A stretch of DNA of 54,705 bases from Actinomycetes bacterium. Its GTDB lineage: Bacteria > Actinomycetota > Thermoleophilia > Gaiellales > Gaiellaceae. Shown piece by piece: positions 29,001-38,947 of the stretch. Position 1 is the first letter of the stretch; every line of letters starts with the position of its first letter. The position numbers and the translations under genes were made by a program. The DNA lies in NCBI GenBank assembly GCA_031371615.1, contig JANMJY010000063.1:1-54705 (forward strand), given 5' to 3'. The notes below the pieces were generated by a model. It searched no databases. It was not told the origin of the DNA and saw only the letters and a list, made by a program, of their open reading frames with translations.

Positions 29001-31633
29001 GAAGCTTCGAGCAGCTCCTGCTCGGCGAGGCGGTGCTGGAGTTGCCGCCCGGACGCGATCCCGAGCTTGCGGTAGACCTTGCCAAGGTGGTACTCGATCG
29101 TCTTCGGGCTCAGGTAGAGCTTTGCGGCGACCTCCTTCTGGCTCGCACCCGCGGCGACCAAGCGCGCGATCTGAAGCTCCTGCGGGGTCAACTCGTCCAT
29201 CGTGCTCGGCTCACGCCTGCGGGCGGTCTCGCCACTTGCGCGGAGCTCCTGTCGCGCTCGCTCGCTCCACGGTTCGGCGTCGAGCTGCTCGAAGATGGCG
29301 AGGGCAGCTCTCAGCTCGTCGCGGGCTTCGCGGCGTGAGCCCTCGCGGCGGAGGTGCTCGCCGAGGTTGAGCCGCACGCGCGCGAGCAGGAACGGCCGTT
29401 CCGCGAATTGCTCGCTTGCCTCGGCGAATCCGGTGCCATCGAGGAGCGCGCCGGCCCACGTCGCGTCCCCGCCGCGTAGCTGCGCCGCCGCGACTCTAGC
29501 CTCCTCCCGCCGGCCGGCACGCAGGTAGGCCTCCGCCAGGTCGAGGTGGGGAGCGGGCAGGCCTCGCACCAGGATCGACGGCGCCGGATCGGCGGCCGCC
29601 GCCTCGAGCTGTGCGATCGCAGTGTCGGTCTCACCGCCTCCCAGCGCGGCGAGCCCCAGGATGCGCGCTGCCATCGCGCCGTCGCCCGGTTCCGCGGTCG
29701 CGCGGCCGCGAAGAGCATCGATCAAGGCGCTCCCAGCGACGGCGGCGGTCCGCTCACGCCCCTGGCCGATCTCGTCGGCCAGGCGGGCCGCCTCGAAGAA
29801 GTTGAGCGATGCATCCGTCCAGCGGCCGGCCTCGAAGTCCAGCCAGGCTCTCAGGAGCAGTGCCCTCGGGAGCACGACGACGGCGTGTGCGCGCGCCGCC
29901 GCGGTCAGCTCGCCGAGGAGCTCGCGGAAGAGTGCGTCTTCGCCGGAGCCGACGTGAGCGAGCGTCTCGACCGCGGCGAGGATCAGCTCCGGGTCGTGCC
30001 GGAGCTCCCGGTTCGCGGCGAGCATTGCCCTCGCGCGAGCGAGACGCTCGTGAGCCTCCGCCGCTTCGCCGGCTTCGAGCAGCGTGCGCGCGAGCACGAG
30101 GCTCGCGAGCAGGTCCGCCGCATCGTCGCGTCCCGTTGTCAGCAAGGCCGCCCGCCGGGCCAGCCCCAGGCCTGAGCCGGTCAAGGCCTCCGCGGCCGTC
30201 GCGAGCATTGCGCCCGCCCGGCCCGCGTCGAGCGGCTCGACGCGGTCGGCCTCGGCCACGAGCCGGTCGATCACCTCGGCGTCGGCGTGCAGGCGGAGCT
30301 CGATCCGGCACTGGAGGTGGGCGGCGTCGGCGCGGAGTACGTCATCCGCTCCGGCTGAAGCCGCATCGTCGAGCAGGCGCAGCGCGCGGTCGCCCTGCCC
30401 GGCCAGCCAGGCGGAGTGGGCGGCACGGTAGAGCCGCTGCGCCCGAGGTTCGTTCTCGGGCGTCAGCCGGGCGGCGTGCTCGAACATCGCCGCAGCCGCC
30501 ACGTGACCGCGGCGGCCGCTCGCCGCCGTGGCCGCGGCCTCGAGCCGGCCGGCGACCTCCTCGTTCGGCTCCACGCTCGCCGCTGCCGAGTGCCAGGCCC
30601 GCCGCTCGGCGTACTTGCCATCGTCCGCGAAGCCGTCCGCGAGCGCTTGATGCGCTGCCCGCCGCTCGGCCGCTGTCGCTTGCTGGTAGACCGCCGACCT
30701 GACCAGCGGGTGCTTGAAGGTGACCTGGCCGTCCTCGATCGCGAGCAGGCCGGCATCTTCGCACTCCTCGAAGGCCGCGGTACTCGTGCCGCCGGTCCGG
30801 GTGATCACCCGCATCGCCCTCGTGTCGGCGGTGGCCGCGAGCACGAGCGCGCGCCGCGCCTGCTCCGAGAGGCTGCGCGCCTGCGCTGCGAAGACGGCCT
30901 CCAGGCTCTCGCCGACAGGCACCGGGTGCGGCAACGGCTCCGCGCCCTGCAGTTGCTCGCCGCTCAGGCGGCGTGGCAGCCCGAGCATCGCGAGCGGGTT
31001 GCCGCCGGTCGCGGCGACGAGCTCCTCGGCGACCTCCAGCGAGACGCGCACGTTCGCATCGTGATCCAGCAGCACGACGGCGGCCTGCGCGTCGAGGCCT
31101 GCGAGCTCGAGCTCCGGAATCCCGCTCGTGGGGAAGCCCCGGCCGCGGGCTGCGAAGAGCATGACGACGCCCTCCGCCTCGAGCCGCCGCGCCGCGAACG
31201 CGAGCGCGCCGGCCGACGCCTCGTCGAGCCAGTGCGCGTCGTCGATCACGCAGAGGAGCGGGCCGTCATCTCTCGCAGCGGCGAGGAGGCTCAGCGTTGC
31301 GGCGCCGATGTAGAGCCTGCCCGCACCCTGTGCTTCGGCGAGCGCAAGCGCGCCGCGGAGCGCATCCGCTTGCACCGGCGGCAGCTCCGGCAGCCGGTCG
31401 AGCAGGGGGCGCACGAGCTCGTGCAGACCCGAGTAGGCGAACTCCGACTCGGTCTCGACGCCGAGTGCTCGTGCAACCCGGGCGGCGCCGGCCCGCACGA
31501 CGGCGTACTCGAGCAGTGTGCTCTTGCCGATCCCGGCGTCGCCGCGGATCACGAGCGCGCCGCTGCGGCCGGCCCGTGCTTCCTCGAGCATCAGATCGAT
31601 CCGAGCGCACTCACTCTCACGGCCGATGAGCAC
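28997..31633 (-). CDS. Large ATP-binding LuxR-family (LAL/STAND-type) transcriptional regulator
   Basis: 878 aa. LIGRESE...GDAGIGKST Walker A, a long helical-repeat middle, and a C-terminal LuxR HTH (LTPQELQIARLVAAGASQKEVAAKLYLSPKTIEYHLGKVYRKLGI). Confidence 0.85.
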   Translation of the reverse strand: MLIGRESECARIDLMLEEARAGRSGALVIRGDAGIGKSTLLEYAVVRAGAARVARALGVETESEFAYSGLHELVRPLLDRLPELPPVQADALRGALALAEAQGAGRLYIGAATLSLLAAARDDGPLLCVIDDAHWLDEASAGALAFAARRLEAEGVVMLFAARGRGFPTSGIPELELAGLDAQAAVVLLDHDANVRVSLEVAEELVAATGGNPLAMLGLPRRLSGEQLQGAEPLPHPVPVGESLEAVFAAQARSLSEQARRALVLAATADTRAMRVITRTGGTSTAAFEECEDAGLLAIEDGQVTFKHPLVRSAVYQQATAAERRAAHQALADGFADDGKYAERRAWHSAAASVEPNEEVAGRLEAAATAASGRRGHVAAAAMFEHAARLTPENEPRAQRLYRAAHSAWLAGQGDRALRLLDDAASAGADDVLRADAAHLQCRIELRLHADAEVIDRLVAEADRVEPLDAGRAGAMLATAAEALTGSGLGLARRAALLTTGRDDAADLLASLVLARTLLEAGEAAEAHERLARARAMLAANRELRHDPELILAAVETLAHVGSGEDALFRELLGELTAAARAHAVVVLPRALLLRAWLDFEAGRWTDASLNFFEAARLADEIGQGRERTAAVAGSALIDALRGRATAEPGDGAMAARILGLAALGGGETDTAIAQLEAAAADPAPSILVRGLPAPHLDLAEAYLRAGRREEARVAAAQLRGGDATWAGALLDGTGFAEASEQFAERPFLLARVRLNLGEHLRREGSRREARDELRAALAIFEQLDAEPWSERARQELRASGETARRREPSTMDELTPQELQIARLVAAGASQKEVAAKLYLSPKTIEYHLGKVYRKLGIASGRQLQHRLAEQELLEAS

Positions 31634-31748
31634 CCGCCGATCATAGAACGCGACGTTTGTAACCAGGAATTCGGCTAGGGAGATCCCGGACGCGATCGCG
31701 CTACCTCTTTCCTACGCTCGCTTCAAAGCCACAGAGAAAGGTGACGAG

Positions 31749-33293
31749 ATGTCGAGCTTCTCCCTGACCGAAACGTGGAAGACGGTGGCTCCCATAGCGG
31801 TGCGACCGACGATCCGGCGGACGAAGATCGTCTGCACGCTGGGGCCGGCGACGACCGACCCCGAGACGATCTTCGAGCTGGCGGCGACGGGCATGGATGT
31901 CGCCCGTCTGAACTTCTCGCATGGCTCACACGACGAGCATCTCGATCGTCTCGCGGCGGTGCGGATCGCGCAGGACCGCCTCCGGCGGCCGATCGCCGTC
32001 CTCGCGGACCTCTGCGGCCCGAAGCTCCGCGTCACGGGGCTGCACGAGCCGATGCAGGTTGCGGCGGGCGACGCGCTCGTCCTGACCGCGTCGGAGCGCG
32101 CGCAGCCCGGTGAGCTCGGCGTCAGCTTCCCGGCACTGCTCGTCCAGGTCGTCGCTCCGGGCGACGAGGTGCTGATCGACGACGGACGCATCCGGACTCG
32201 CGCCGAGGGAAGCGACGGCACCAGGCTTCTCTGCCGCGTCGAGGTCGGCGGGACGATCGGGCCGTCGAAGGGAGTCAACCTGCCGTCGTCGTCGCTGCCG
32301 ATCCCGGCGCTGACGGAGAAGGACCGGGTCGATCTGCGGTTCGCGCTCGCCGCCGGCGCCGACTACGTGGCGCTCTCCTTCGTCCGGACGGCCGAGGATG
32401 TCGCGGAGCTGCGACACCTGATCGCCGCCGCCGGCTCCTCGGCGCGGATCATCGCGAAGATCGAGAAGGCCGAGGCGATCGTCAATCTCGACGCGATCAT
32501 CGAGGCAGCGGACGCGGTCATGGTCGCGCGGGGCGACCTCGGCGTCGAGATCGGCGTCTCGCAGGTGCCGCTCGTCCAGAAGCGGATCATCGAGCGCGCC
32601 CGCGCCGCCGGCCGAGCGGTGATCACCGCGACGCAGATGCTCGAGTCGATGATCCACGAGCCGGAGCCGACGCGCGCGGAGGTGTCGGACGTTGCGAACG
32701 CGATCCTCGACGGCACGTCCGCGGTCATGCTCTCGGCCGAGACCGCCGCGGGTGACTTCCCGCTGCGAGCGGTGGCGCAGATGGACGCGATCGCGCGGTC
32801 GGTGGAGCCGTCGCTCGCCTACGAGCGGCGCGTCAGGACCGGCGCGGACGTCGCAGAGATCCTGACCCACGGCGCGTGTGACCTCGCCGACGACGTCGGC
32901 GCACCGGTGATCGCGGTCTCGACCGAGACGGGGGCGACCGCACGGCTCGTCTCGCGCTTCCGGCCGCAGGGACCGATCGTGGCCACGTCGACGAGTCCCG
33001 GCGTCCTCCAGCAACTCGCGCTCGAGTGGGCGGTCGTGCCGCTCCTCGTCGACGAGCCGGCCTCGATCGCGGCCGGCTGGGCGAACATCATCGGCAAGGT
33101 GCTCGAGCACGGGCTCGCGCAGCCCGGCGACACGATCGTGCTCACGGGCCGCGCCGACGTTCCCCTCGGGGGCTCGACGAACCACGTCTTCCTCCACCGC
33201 GTCGACGAGCCCGAGGCGCAGCAGAATCGGGTTCAGCGCCACGGACGCCGGATCCGGGAGCGGGCGGTTCGCGAGGCGGTCGCGGGTGGGTGA
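31749..33293 (+). CDS. pyk: Pyruvate kinase
   Basis: RRTKIVCTLGPAT, ARLNFSHG, MVARGDLGVEI, ITATQMLESM. Confidence 0.9.
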   Translation: MSSFSLTETWKTVAPIAVRPTIRRTKIVCTLGPATTDPETIFELAATGMDVARLNFSHGSHDEHLDRLAAVRIAQDRLRRPIAVLADLCGPKLRVTGLHEPMQVAAGDALVLTASERAQPGELGVSFPALLVQVVAPGDEVLIDDGRIRTRAEGSDGTRLLCRVEVGGTIGPSKGVNLPSSSLPIPALTEKDRVDLRFALAAGADYVALSFVRTAEDVAELRHLIAAAGSSARIIAKIEKAEAIVNLDAIIEAADAVMVARGDLGVEIGVSQVPLVQKRIIERARAAGRAVITATQMLESMIHEPEPTRAEVSDVANAILDGTSAVMLSAETAAGDFPLRAVAQMDAIARSVEPSLAYERRVRTGADVAEILTHGACDLADDVGAPVIAVSTETGATARLVSRFRPQGPIVATSTSPGVLQQLALEWAVVPLLVDEPASIAAGWANIIGKVLEHGLAQPGDTIVLTGRADVPLGGSTNHVFLHRVDEPEAQQNRVQRHGRRIRERAVREAVAGG

Positions 33294-34461
33294 GCACGCC
33301 CACGAGCTCCTCCGGCGCTTCGGCAGCCCGCTCTACGTCTACGACCTCGGGGAGATCGAGCAGCGCTACTTCCGGTTCGTGCAGGCGTTCCCGTACCGGC
33401 CGCTGGAGTGCCACTTCGCGCTCGTCTGCAACAAGAACCCGGTCATCGTCCGGCGGCTCCACGAGCTCGGGGCGGGGGTGCACGCCAACACCCCCGGTGA
33501 TGCCTTCGCGGCGCTCGCCGCGGGCGTGCCGGCGAAGGACGTCGTCTACAGCGGGACGAACCTGACGTGCGCCGACCTCGACTACCTGCTCGGACGCGGA
33601 GTCGCGCTCAACGTCGACTCGCTCGACCAGCTGCGGGAGGTGGTGCGCCGTGGCTGCGGAAGCGTCGGGCTCCGGTACCTGATCGACGACCCGGCGAAGC
33701 GGAACCGGATCGGGGTCTCGCCCGGCGAGCTCAGCGAGGCGCTTCGAATCGCGGAGCTCGCCGGCGTCCGGGTCGCCGGGCTGCACATGTATGCCGGGAC
33801 GAACAATCTTCGGCCGGCGCGCTTCCTCGGCTGCGTCGACCGGTTGCTCGCGGCGGCCGAGACGCTCCCCGACCTCGAGTACGTGAACCTCGGCGGCGGC
33901 TACGGGATCGGATACCGCGAAGGAGAGCCCGATCTCGACGTCGATGCGATCGGGCGGGAAGTGGCGCGTCGGCTGCAGTCACTCTCGGGGCGGCGGGGGC
34001 GCGCGATCAGGCTGGTCGTGGAGCCCGGACGCGTGCTCGTCGCTTCTGCGGGGTCGCTCCTGATGACGGTCGTCTCGGTGAAGCATCGCGGCGCCCGGCG
34101 CTTCGTCGGCGTCGACACCACCGTCGGGAACATCGTCGTCCCGAGCGTCTACCACGGCTACCACCGGATCGAGGTGGTCACGGCGCGCGGCCACCCACTA
34201 GCGCTGACCACCGACGTCTGCGGGAACACCACCCACTCGGGCGACTTCATCGCCCGCGACGTCCGCCTGCCGCCCGTCGAGCCGGGCGATGTGCTGGCCC
34301 TGCGCGACGTGGGCGCCTACGCGTACGCGATGTCGAGCCACTTCCTCAACCGTCCCCGCCCGGCCGAGGTGGTGCTGGACGGAGGCGAGGCGATTCTGAC
34401 GACGAGACGAGAGACGCTCGACGACCTCATGTCGCTCTACGAGCCCGGAGTACTGGCGTGA
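33286..34461 (+). CDS. Divergent Orn/DAP/Arg-decarboxylase-fold PLP enzyme (diaminopimelate-decarboxylase-like)
   Basis: GSPLYVYD, the PLP-Lys region (LVCNKN), NLGGGYGIGY, VVEPGRVLVA, and a C...SGD active-site region with an insertion (CGNTTHSGD). GTG start overlaps the pyk end by 8 nt. Confidence 0.8.
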   Translation: MGEHAHELLRRFGSPLYVYDLGEIEQRYFRFVQAFPYRPLECHFALVCNKNPVIVRRLHELGAGVHANTPGDAFAALAAGVPAKDVVYSGTNLTCADLDYLLGRGVALNVDSLDQLREVVRRGCGSVGLRYLIDDPAKRNRIGVSPGELSEALRIAELAGVRVAGLHMYAGTNNLRPARFLGCVDRLLAAAETLPDLEYVNLGGGYGIGYREGEPDLDVDAIGREVARRLQSLSGRRGRAIRLVVEPGRVLVASAGSLLMTVVSVKHRGARRFVGVDTTVGNIVVPSVYHGYHRIEVVTARGHPLALTTDVCGNTTHSGDFIARDVRLPPVEPGDVLALRDVGAYAYAMSSHFLNRPRPAEVVLDGGEAILTTRRETLDDLMSLYEPGVLA

Positions 34462-35390
34462 AGTGCATCCACTGCGGGACCGACTCGGACCACAACGCAC
34501 GGCAAGCGGGCGGCGCCTGCCGCGAGTGCGGCCGGCGGTTCGCCTTCGAGCCGAAGCGCGACCGGGGCATTACCGATCCCACGTTCAAGCTGGCGATCGA
34601 GGCGGTGTCGGACGGTGGGCGCCTCGCGTGGGGCGACGACCACCTCTACTACGAGGTCTGTCGCCGCGTGCGCCGCCGCCGGCACGTGCACCGGCTGCTG
34701 CGACGTCCGATGGTCAGCCTCGACCGGCCGAATTTCGAGCTTCTGCTCGGCCGGTGGATCGACGCACACGGGCCGATCGTCGGTCGGCTCGAGCGGAAGG
34801 TGTTCGCAGAGATCGCGCCTGACGCCGCCGCACCCCGCGTCGAGGCGTACGGCTTCGAGCAGCTCGTCGTCTGCGACGACGACGCGATTGCGGACGTGCT
34901 GCTCGTCAACGACTTCCACGCCGAGCTCAAGTGCCCGGTGCTGTCGTACAGCGGTTACCCCTCACACGTCTACGAACCGCTGATTCGGCTCCTCCGCGAG
35001 CGCCCGCCGGCGACGGTGGTAGTGATCCACAACGCCGATCTGGACGGGTGCAGGCTCGCACGCTCGATCGCCGAGGATCCGCGCTGGTTCGCGGGCGTCG
35101 AGCTGCCGAAGGTGGTCGACGCCGGGCTGCGTCCCGGAGACGCGAAGCGCTTCCGTGGACTATTCCAGGTGGCCGCCTCCGGCTTCGACGCCACGTCGCC
35201 CGGGGTCTCGCCCCAGGAAGCGAAGTGGCTCGGCACCTACCGCCTCGAGCTGGCGGCCGCACGTCCACGCGTGCTGATGGGCGTGCTGGGGAACGTGCTT
35301 CGCGGCGAGACCGAGGCTGGAAGCACCGACGGCGGCGGGCTGTTGTGGGCGGGCGACGCGTGGGCCGACGGTGACGACGAGGTCGGCTGA
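34458..35390 (+). CDS. Hypothetical protein with N-terminal CxxC...CxxC zinc ribbon
   Basis: GTGA overlap with the preceding gene. 310 aa with very high GC3 throughout. CIHCG...CRECG. I recognise no family. Confidence 0.7.
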   Translation: MKCIHCGTDSDHNARQAGGACRECGRRFAFEPKRDRGITDPTFKLAIEAVSDGGRLAWGDDHLYYEVCRRVRRRRHVHRLLRRPMVSLDRPNFELLLGRWIDAHGPIVGRLERKVFAEIAPDAAAPRVEAYGFEQLVVCDDDAIADVLLVNDFHAELKCPVLSYSGYPSHVYEPLIRLLRERPPATVVVIHNADLDGCRLARSIAEDPRWFAGVELPKVVDAGLRPGDAKRFRGLFQVAASGFDATSPGVSPQEAKWLGTYRLELAAARPRVLMGVLGNVLRGETEAGSTDGGGLLWAGDAWADGDDEVG

Positions 35391-37098
35391 CGCCGCGGCG
35401 CGGGCCGCCGAGCCTGCGCACGGCGAACGGGCGCAGATCGGCGGCGTCGTGGGCGCCGGGGTGGACGCGGTCACATTGGCGCGCTTCGCCCGGGCGCTCG
35501 GCCCGGGGCGGCGGCTGCTGGCCGGGCCGCAACGGTGCTTCGTCGGCGACTGGGACGCATGCCGTCTCTACGGCGCCACGGTCGGCGCGCCCGAGCTGGA
35601 GCAGCTTGCGCGACGGGGACGGCTCGGCGAGGTCGAAGGCGCGTTCGCGCTGGCGTGGCTGGACGGCAACGGCCTCCACCTCGCCCGCGACCCGGTCGGA
35701 GAGCGCGGCGCGTACTACGCTCACGTCGCGGGAGGGGTCGCGTTCGCCTCGACGCTCCGGCCTCTGCTCGAGGCGGGCATCGTCCCGCGGGCGCTGAACG
35801 CCGCCGCCCTCCCGGCGTACCTCTCGTTCGGCTATCTCCCGGGCCGCGAGACCCTTGTCGAGGGCGTGTCCGAACTGCTGCCCGGCCAGCACCTGGTCTT
35901 CCACGGCGATGGTGTCCGCGAGGAGCGGCTCTGGAGCCTGCCGGCCGAGGACGAGCAGCCGGAAGGCGAGGAGGTCTACCGGCTTCGCTTGCGCGCCCGC
36001 CTGGAAGCGGCGGTTGGCTGCCGCCTGCCCGCCTCCGGCCCGGTCGCGGCGACGCTGTCTGGCGGGATCGACTCGAGTGTCGTCGCGGCGCTGGCGAGCC
36101 GAATCCACAACGGCTCCGTCTCGACCTTCTCGCTCTCGTTTGGGCGCGGGATCCCGAACGAGCTCGAGTTCGCGGCGGCCGTTGCGGCGCATTGCGGCAC
36201 CGAACACCACGTCGTCGAGCTCTTGCCACGGGAGGTGATGGAGCGGTTCGACGCGACGATGGCCGCGCTCAGTACGCCGATCGGCGAGCCGCTCACAGTC
36301 GCGAACTCGCTCCTCTTCGAGGCAGCGTCGGAGCGAGCCTCGGTCGTGCTCAACGGCGAAGGCGGCGACCCCTGCTTCGGCGGTCCGAAGAACGTCCCGA
36401 TGATCCTCAGCGCACTCTACGGCGGGCATCTGGAGCGGAGCTACCTCGTCGCCCACCGCAAGTGCTTCACGGAGCTCGAGCGGATGCTCGACCCGGACGT
36501 GATCGCCGCCGCCGGCCTGGAGGCGTTGGTGAGCCCGCACCTGTCGGATCCGCGCTGGTCCACGCTCGTGAACCGGCTGATGGCCATGAACGTCACCTTC
36601 AAGGGCGGACACCACATCCTCCCGAAGGTCGATCAGCTCAGCCGGCCGTACGCAGTTCTGCCGCGTTCGCCGCTCTTCGACCGCGGCGTCGTCGACGCGG
36701 CTCTGCGGATGCCGGCCGACCTGAAGCTGCGGGGCACGGTCGAGAAGTACATCCTCAAGCGCGCGGTCGAGGATCTACTACCGGCCGAGATCGTGACGCG
36801 CCGGAAGAGCGGCATGCGCGTGCCCGTCGAGCTGTGGCTGCAGGGGAGGTTCGACCGCTTCGCACGCGAGCGGCTGCTCGACGGCCTCGCCCCGTACGGG
36901 ATCATCCAGCGCTCGTACCTCGAGGAGCTGGCCCGCCCCGACAAGCAGCTGCCGCCGCGGCGGCGCGGCGTGAAGATCTGGCTGCTCTTGTCTCTGGAGG
37001 CGTGGCTGCGAACCGTCTTAGCGCCGCGGCCGGAACAGCGCGCCGAAGAAACAGACGACCAGGATCAGAGTCGTGAAGAACGCGGCGCTCTCCATTAG
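35371..37098 (+). CDS. Asparagine-synthetase-family adenylating amidotransferase homologue lacking the N-terminal Cys nucleophile
   Basis: SGGIDSS PP-loop, and FALAWLDG...LHLARDPVGERGAYY (remnant of the Ntn domain). There is no MC(G) start. Start uncertain (GTG 35371 or GTG 35449). Confidence 0.8.
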   Translation: MTTRSADAAARAAEPAHGERAQIGGVVGAGVDAVTLARFARALGPGRRLLAGPQRCFVGDWDACRLYGATVGAPELEQLARRGRLGEVEGAFALAWLDGNGLHLARDPVGERGAYYAHVAGGVAFASTLRPLLEAGIVPRALNAAALPAYLSFGYLPGRETLVEGVSELLPGQHLVFHGDGVREERLWSLPAEDEQPEGEEVYRLRLRARLEAAVGCRLPASGPVAATLSGGIDSSVVAALASRIHNGSVSTFSLSFGRGIPNELEFAAAVAAHCGTEHHVVELLPREVMERFDATMAALSTPIGEPLTVANSLLFEAASERASVVLNGEGGDPCFGGPKNVPMILSALYGGHLERSYLVAHRKCFTELERMLDPDVIAAAGLEALVSPHLSDPRWSTLVNRLMAMNVTFKGGHHILPKVDQLSRPYAVLPRSPLFDRGVVDAALRMPADLKLRGTVEKYILKRAVEDLLPAEIVTRRKSGMRVPVELWLQGRFDRFARERLLDGLAPYGIIQRSYLEELARPDKQLPPRRRGVKIWLLLSLEAWLRTVLAPRPEQRAEETDDQDQSREERGALH

Positions 37099-37224
37099 AG
37101 CCTCGACACTCGATCCCTGTGGCAGCAGAACGGCGGCGACGGTCAGGCCGCCGAGAGCCAGCGTGGGGAGGAAGCAGGCCTCGACGACGGGCTTGTCGTA
37201 CACCTTCCAGAACCGGACGGTCAT
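37018..37224 (-). CDS. Small (68 aa) two-TM membrane protein
   Basis: GC3 by eye is about 85%, clearly higher than the opposing AsnB-like tail frame. Two hydrophobic helices. Lies 47 nt downstream of the lyxose-isomerase gene on the same strand. Confidence 0.45.
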   Translation of the reverse strand: MTVRFWKVYDKPVVEACFLPTLALGGLTVAAVLLPQGSSVEALMESAAFFTTLILVVCFFGALFRPRR

Positions 37225-37271
37225 GCCTCGAAGAGTGGCCGGTTGGCCGGCCCGTCGCGTCGGGGAAACGC

Positions 37272-38371
<1,100 letters not shown>

Positions 38372-38392
38372 AGAGGGTTCCGGGGAGGAAGC

Positions 38393-38947
38393 CTATGCGT
38401 CTCGTCCCGCGCGGCGCGCGAGCTCCTCCTCGACCAGGCGAGGGTCGAGCCCGCGCGCGGCGAGCAGCGCGTAGCTGTGGAACCAGAGGTCTGCGAGCTC
38501 CTCGACGAGCCGCTGATCCGATTCCCCCGCGCCCGCGAGGGCGGCCTCGAGCCCTTCCTCGCCGACCTTCCTTGCCGCGAGTGCCGGATCGTCGAGCAGC
38601 GTGACCACGTACGAGCCCTCCGGCCGTTCCAGCCCGCGCTCGGCGATCACGCGCCACAGCCAAGGCGCGAAGCACGACTCCGCTCCCGTGTGGCAGACCG
38701 GGCCCGCCGGCTGTACCCGCAGGAGGATCGCGTCGCCGTCGCAGTCGTCGCGGATCTCCTCGACCGCGAGCGTGTTGCCGGAGGTCTCGCCCTTGCGCCA
38801 GTACGTCCCGCGCGAACGGCTCCAGAACCAGGCCTCGCCGCTCGCCCGCGTGCGGCGGAGCGCCTCCTCGTCCGTCCAGGCGAGCATCAGCACGCGGTTC
38901 GTGCCGGCGTCCTGCACGATCGCCGCCGTCAGATCCGGACGTCCCAT
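38393..38947 (-). CDS. hisI: Bifunctional phosphoribosyl-AMP cyclohydrolase / phosphoribosyl-ATP pyrophosphatase
   Basis: SD AAGGAGG precedes ATG 38947. WFWSRSRGTYWRKGETSGN, DCDGDAILL, CHTG (HisI), then ELADLWFH (HisE). Overlaps the hisF end by 19 nt. Confidence 0.9.
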   Translation of the reverse strand: MGRPDLTAAIVQDAGTNRVLMLAWTDEEALRRTRASGEAWFWSRSRGTYWRKGETSGNTLAVEEIRDDCDGDAILLRVQPAGPVCHTGAESCFAPWLWRVIAERGLERPEGSYVVTLLDDPALAARKVGEEGLEAALAGAGESDQRLVEELADLWFHSYALLAARGLDPRLVEEELARRAGRDA

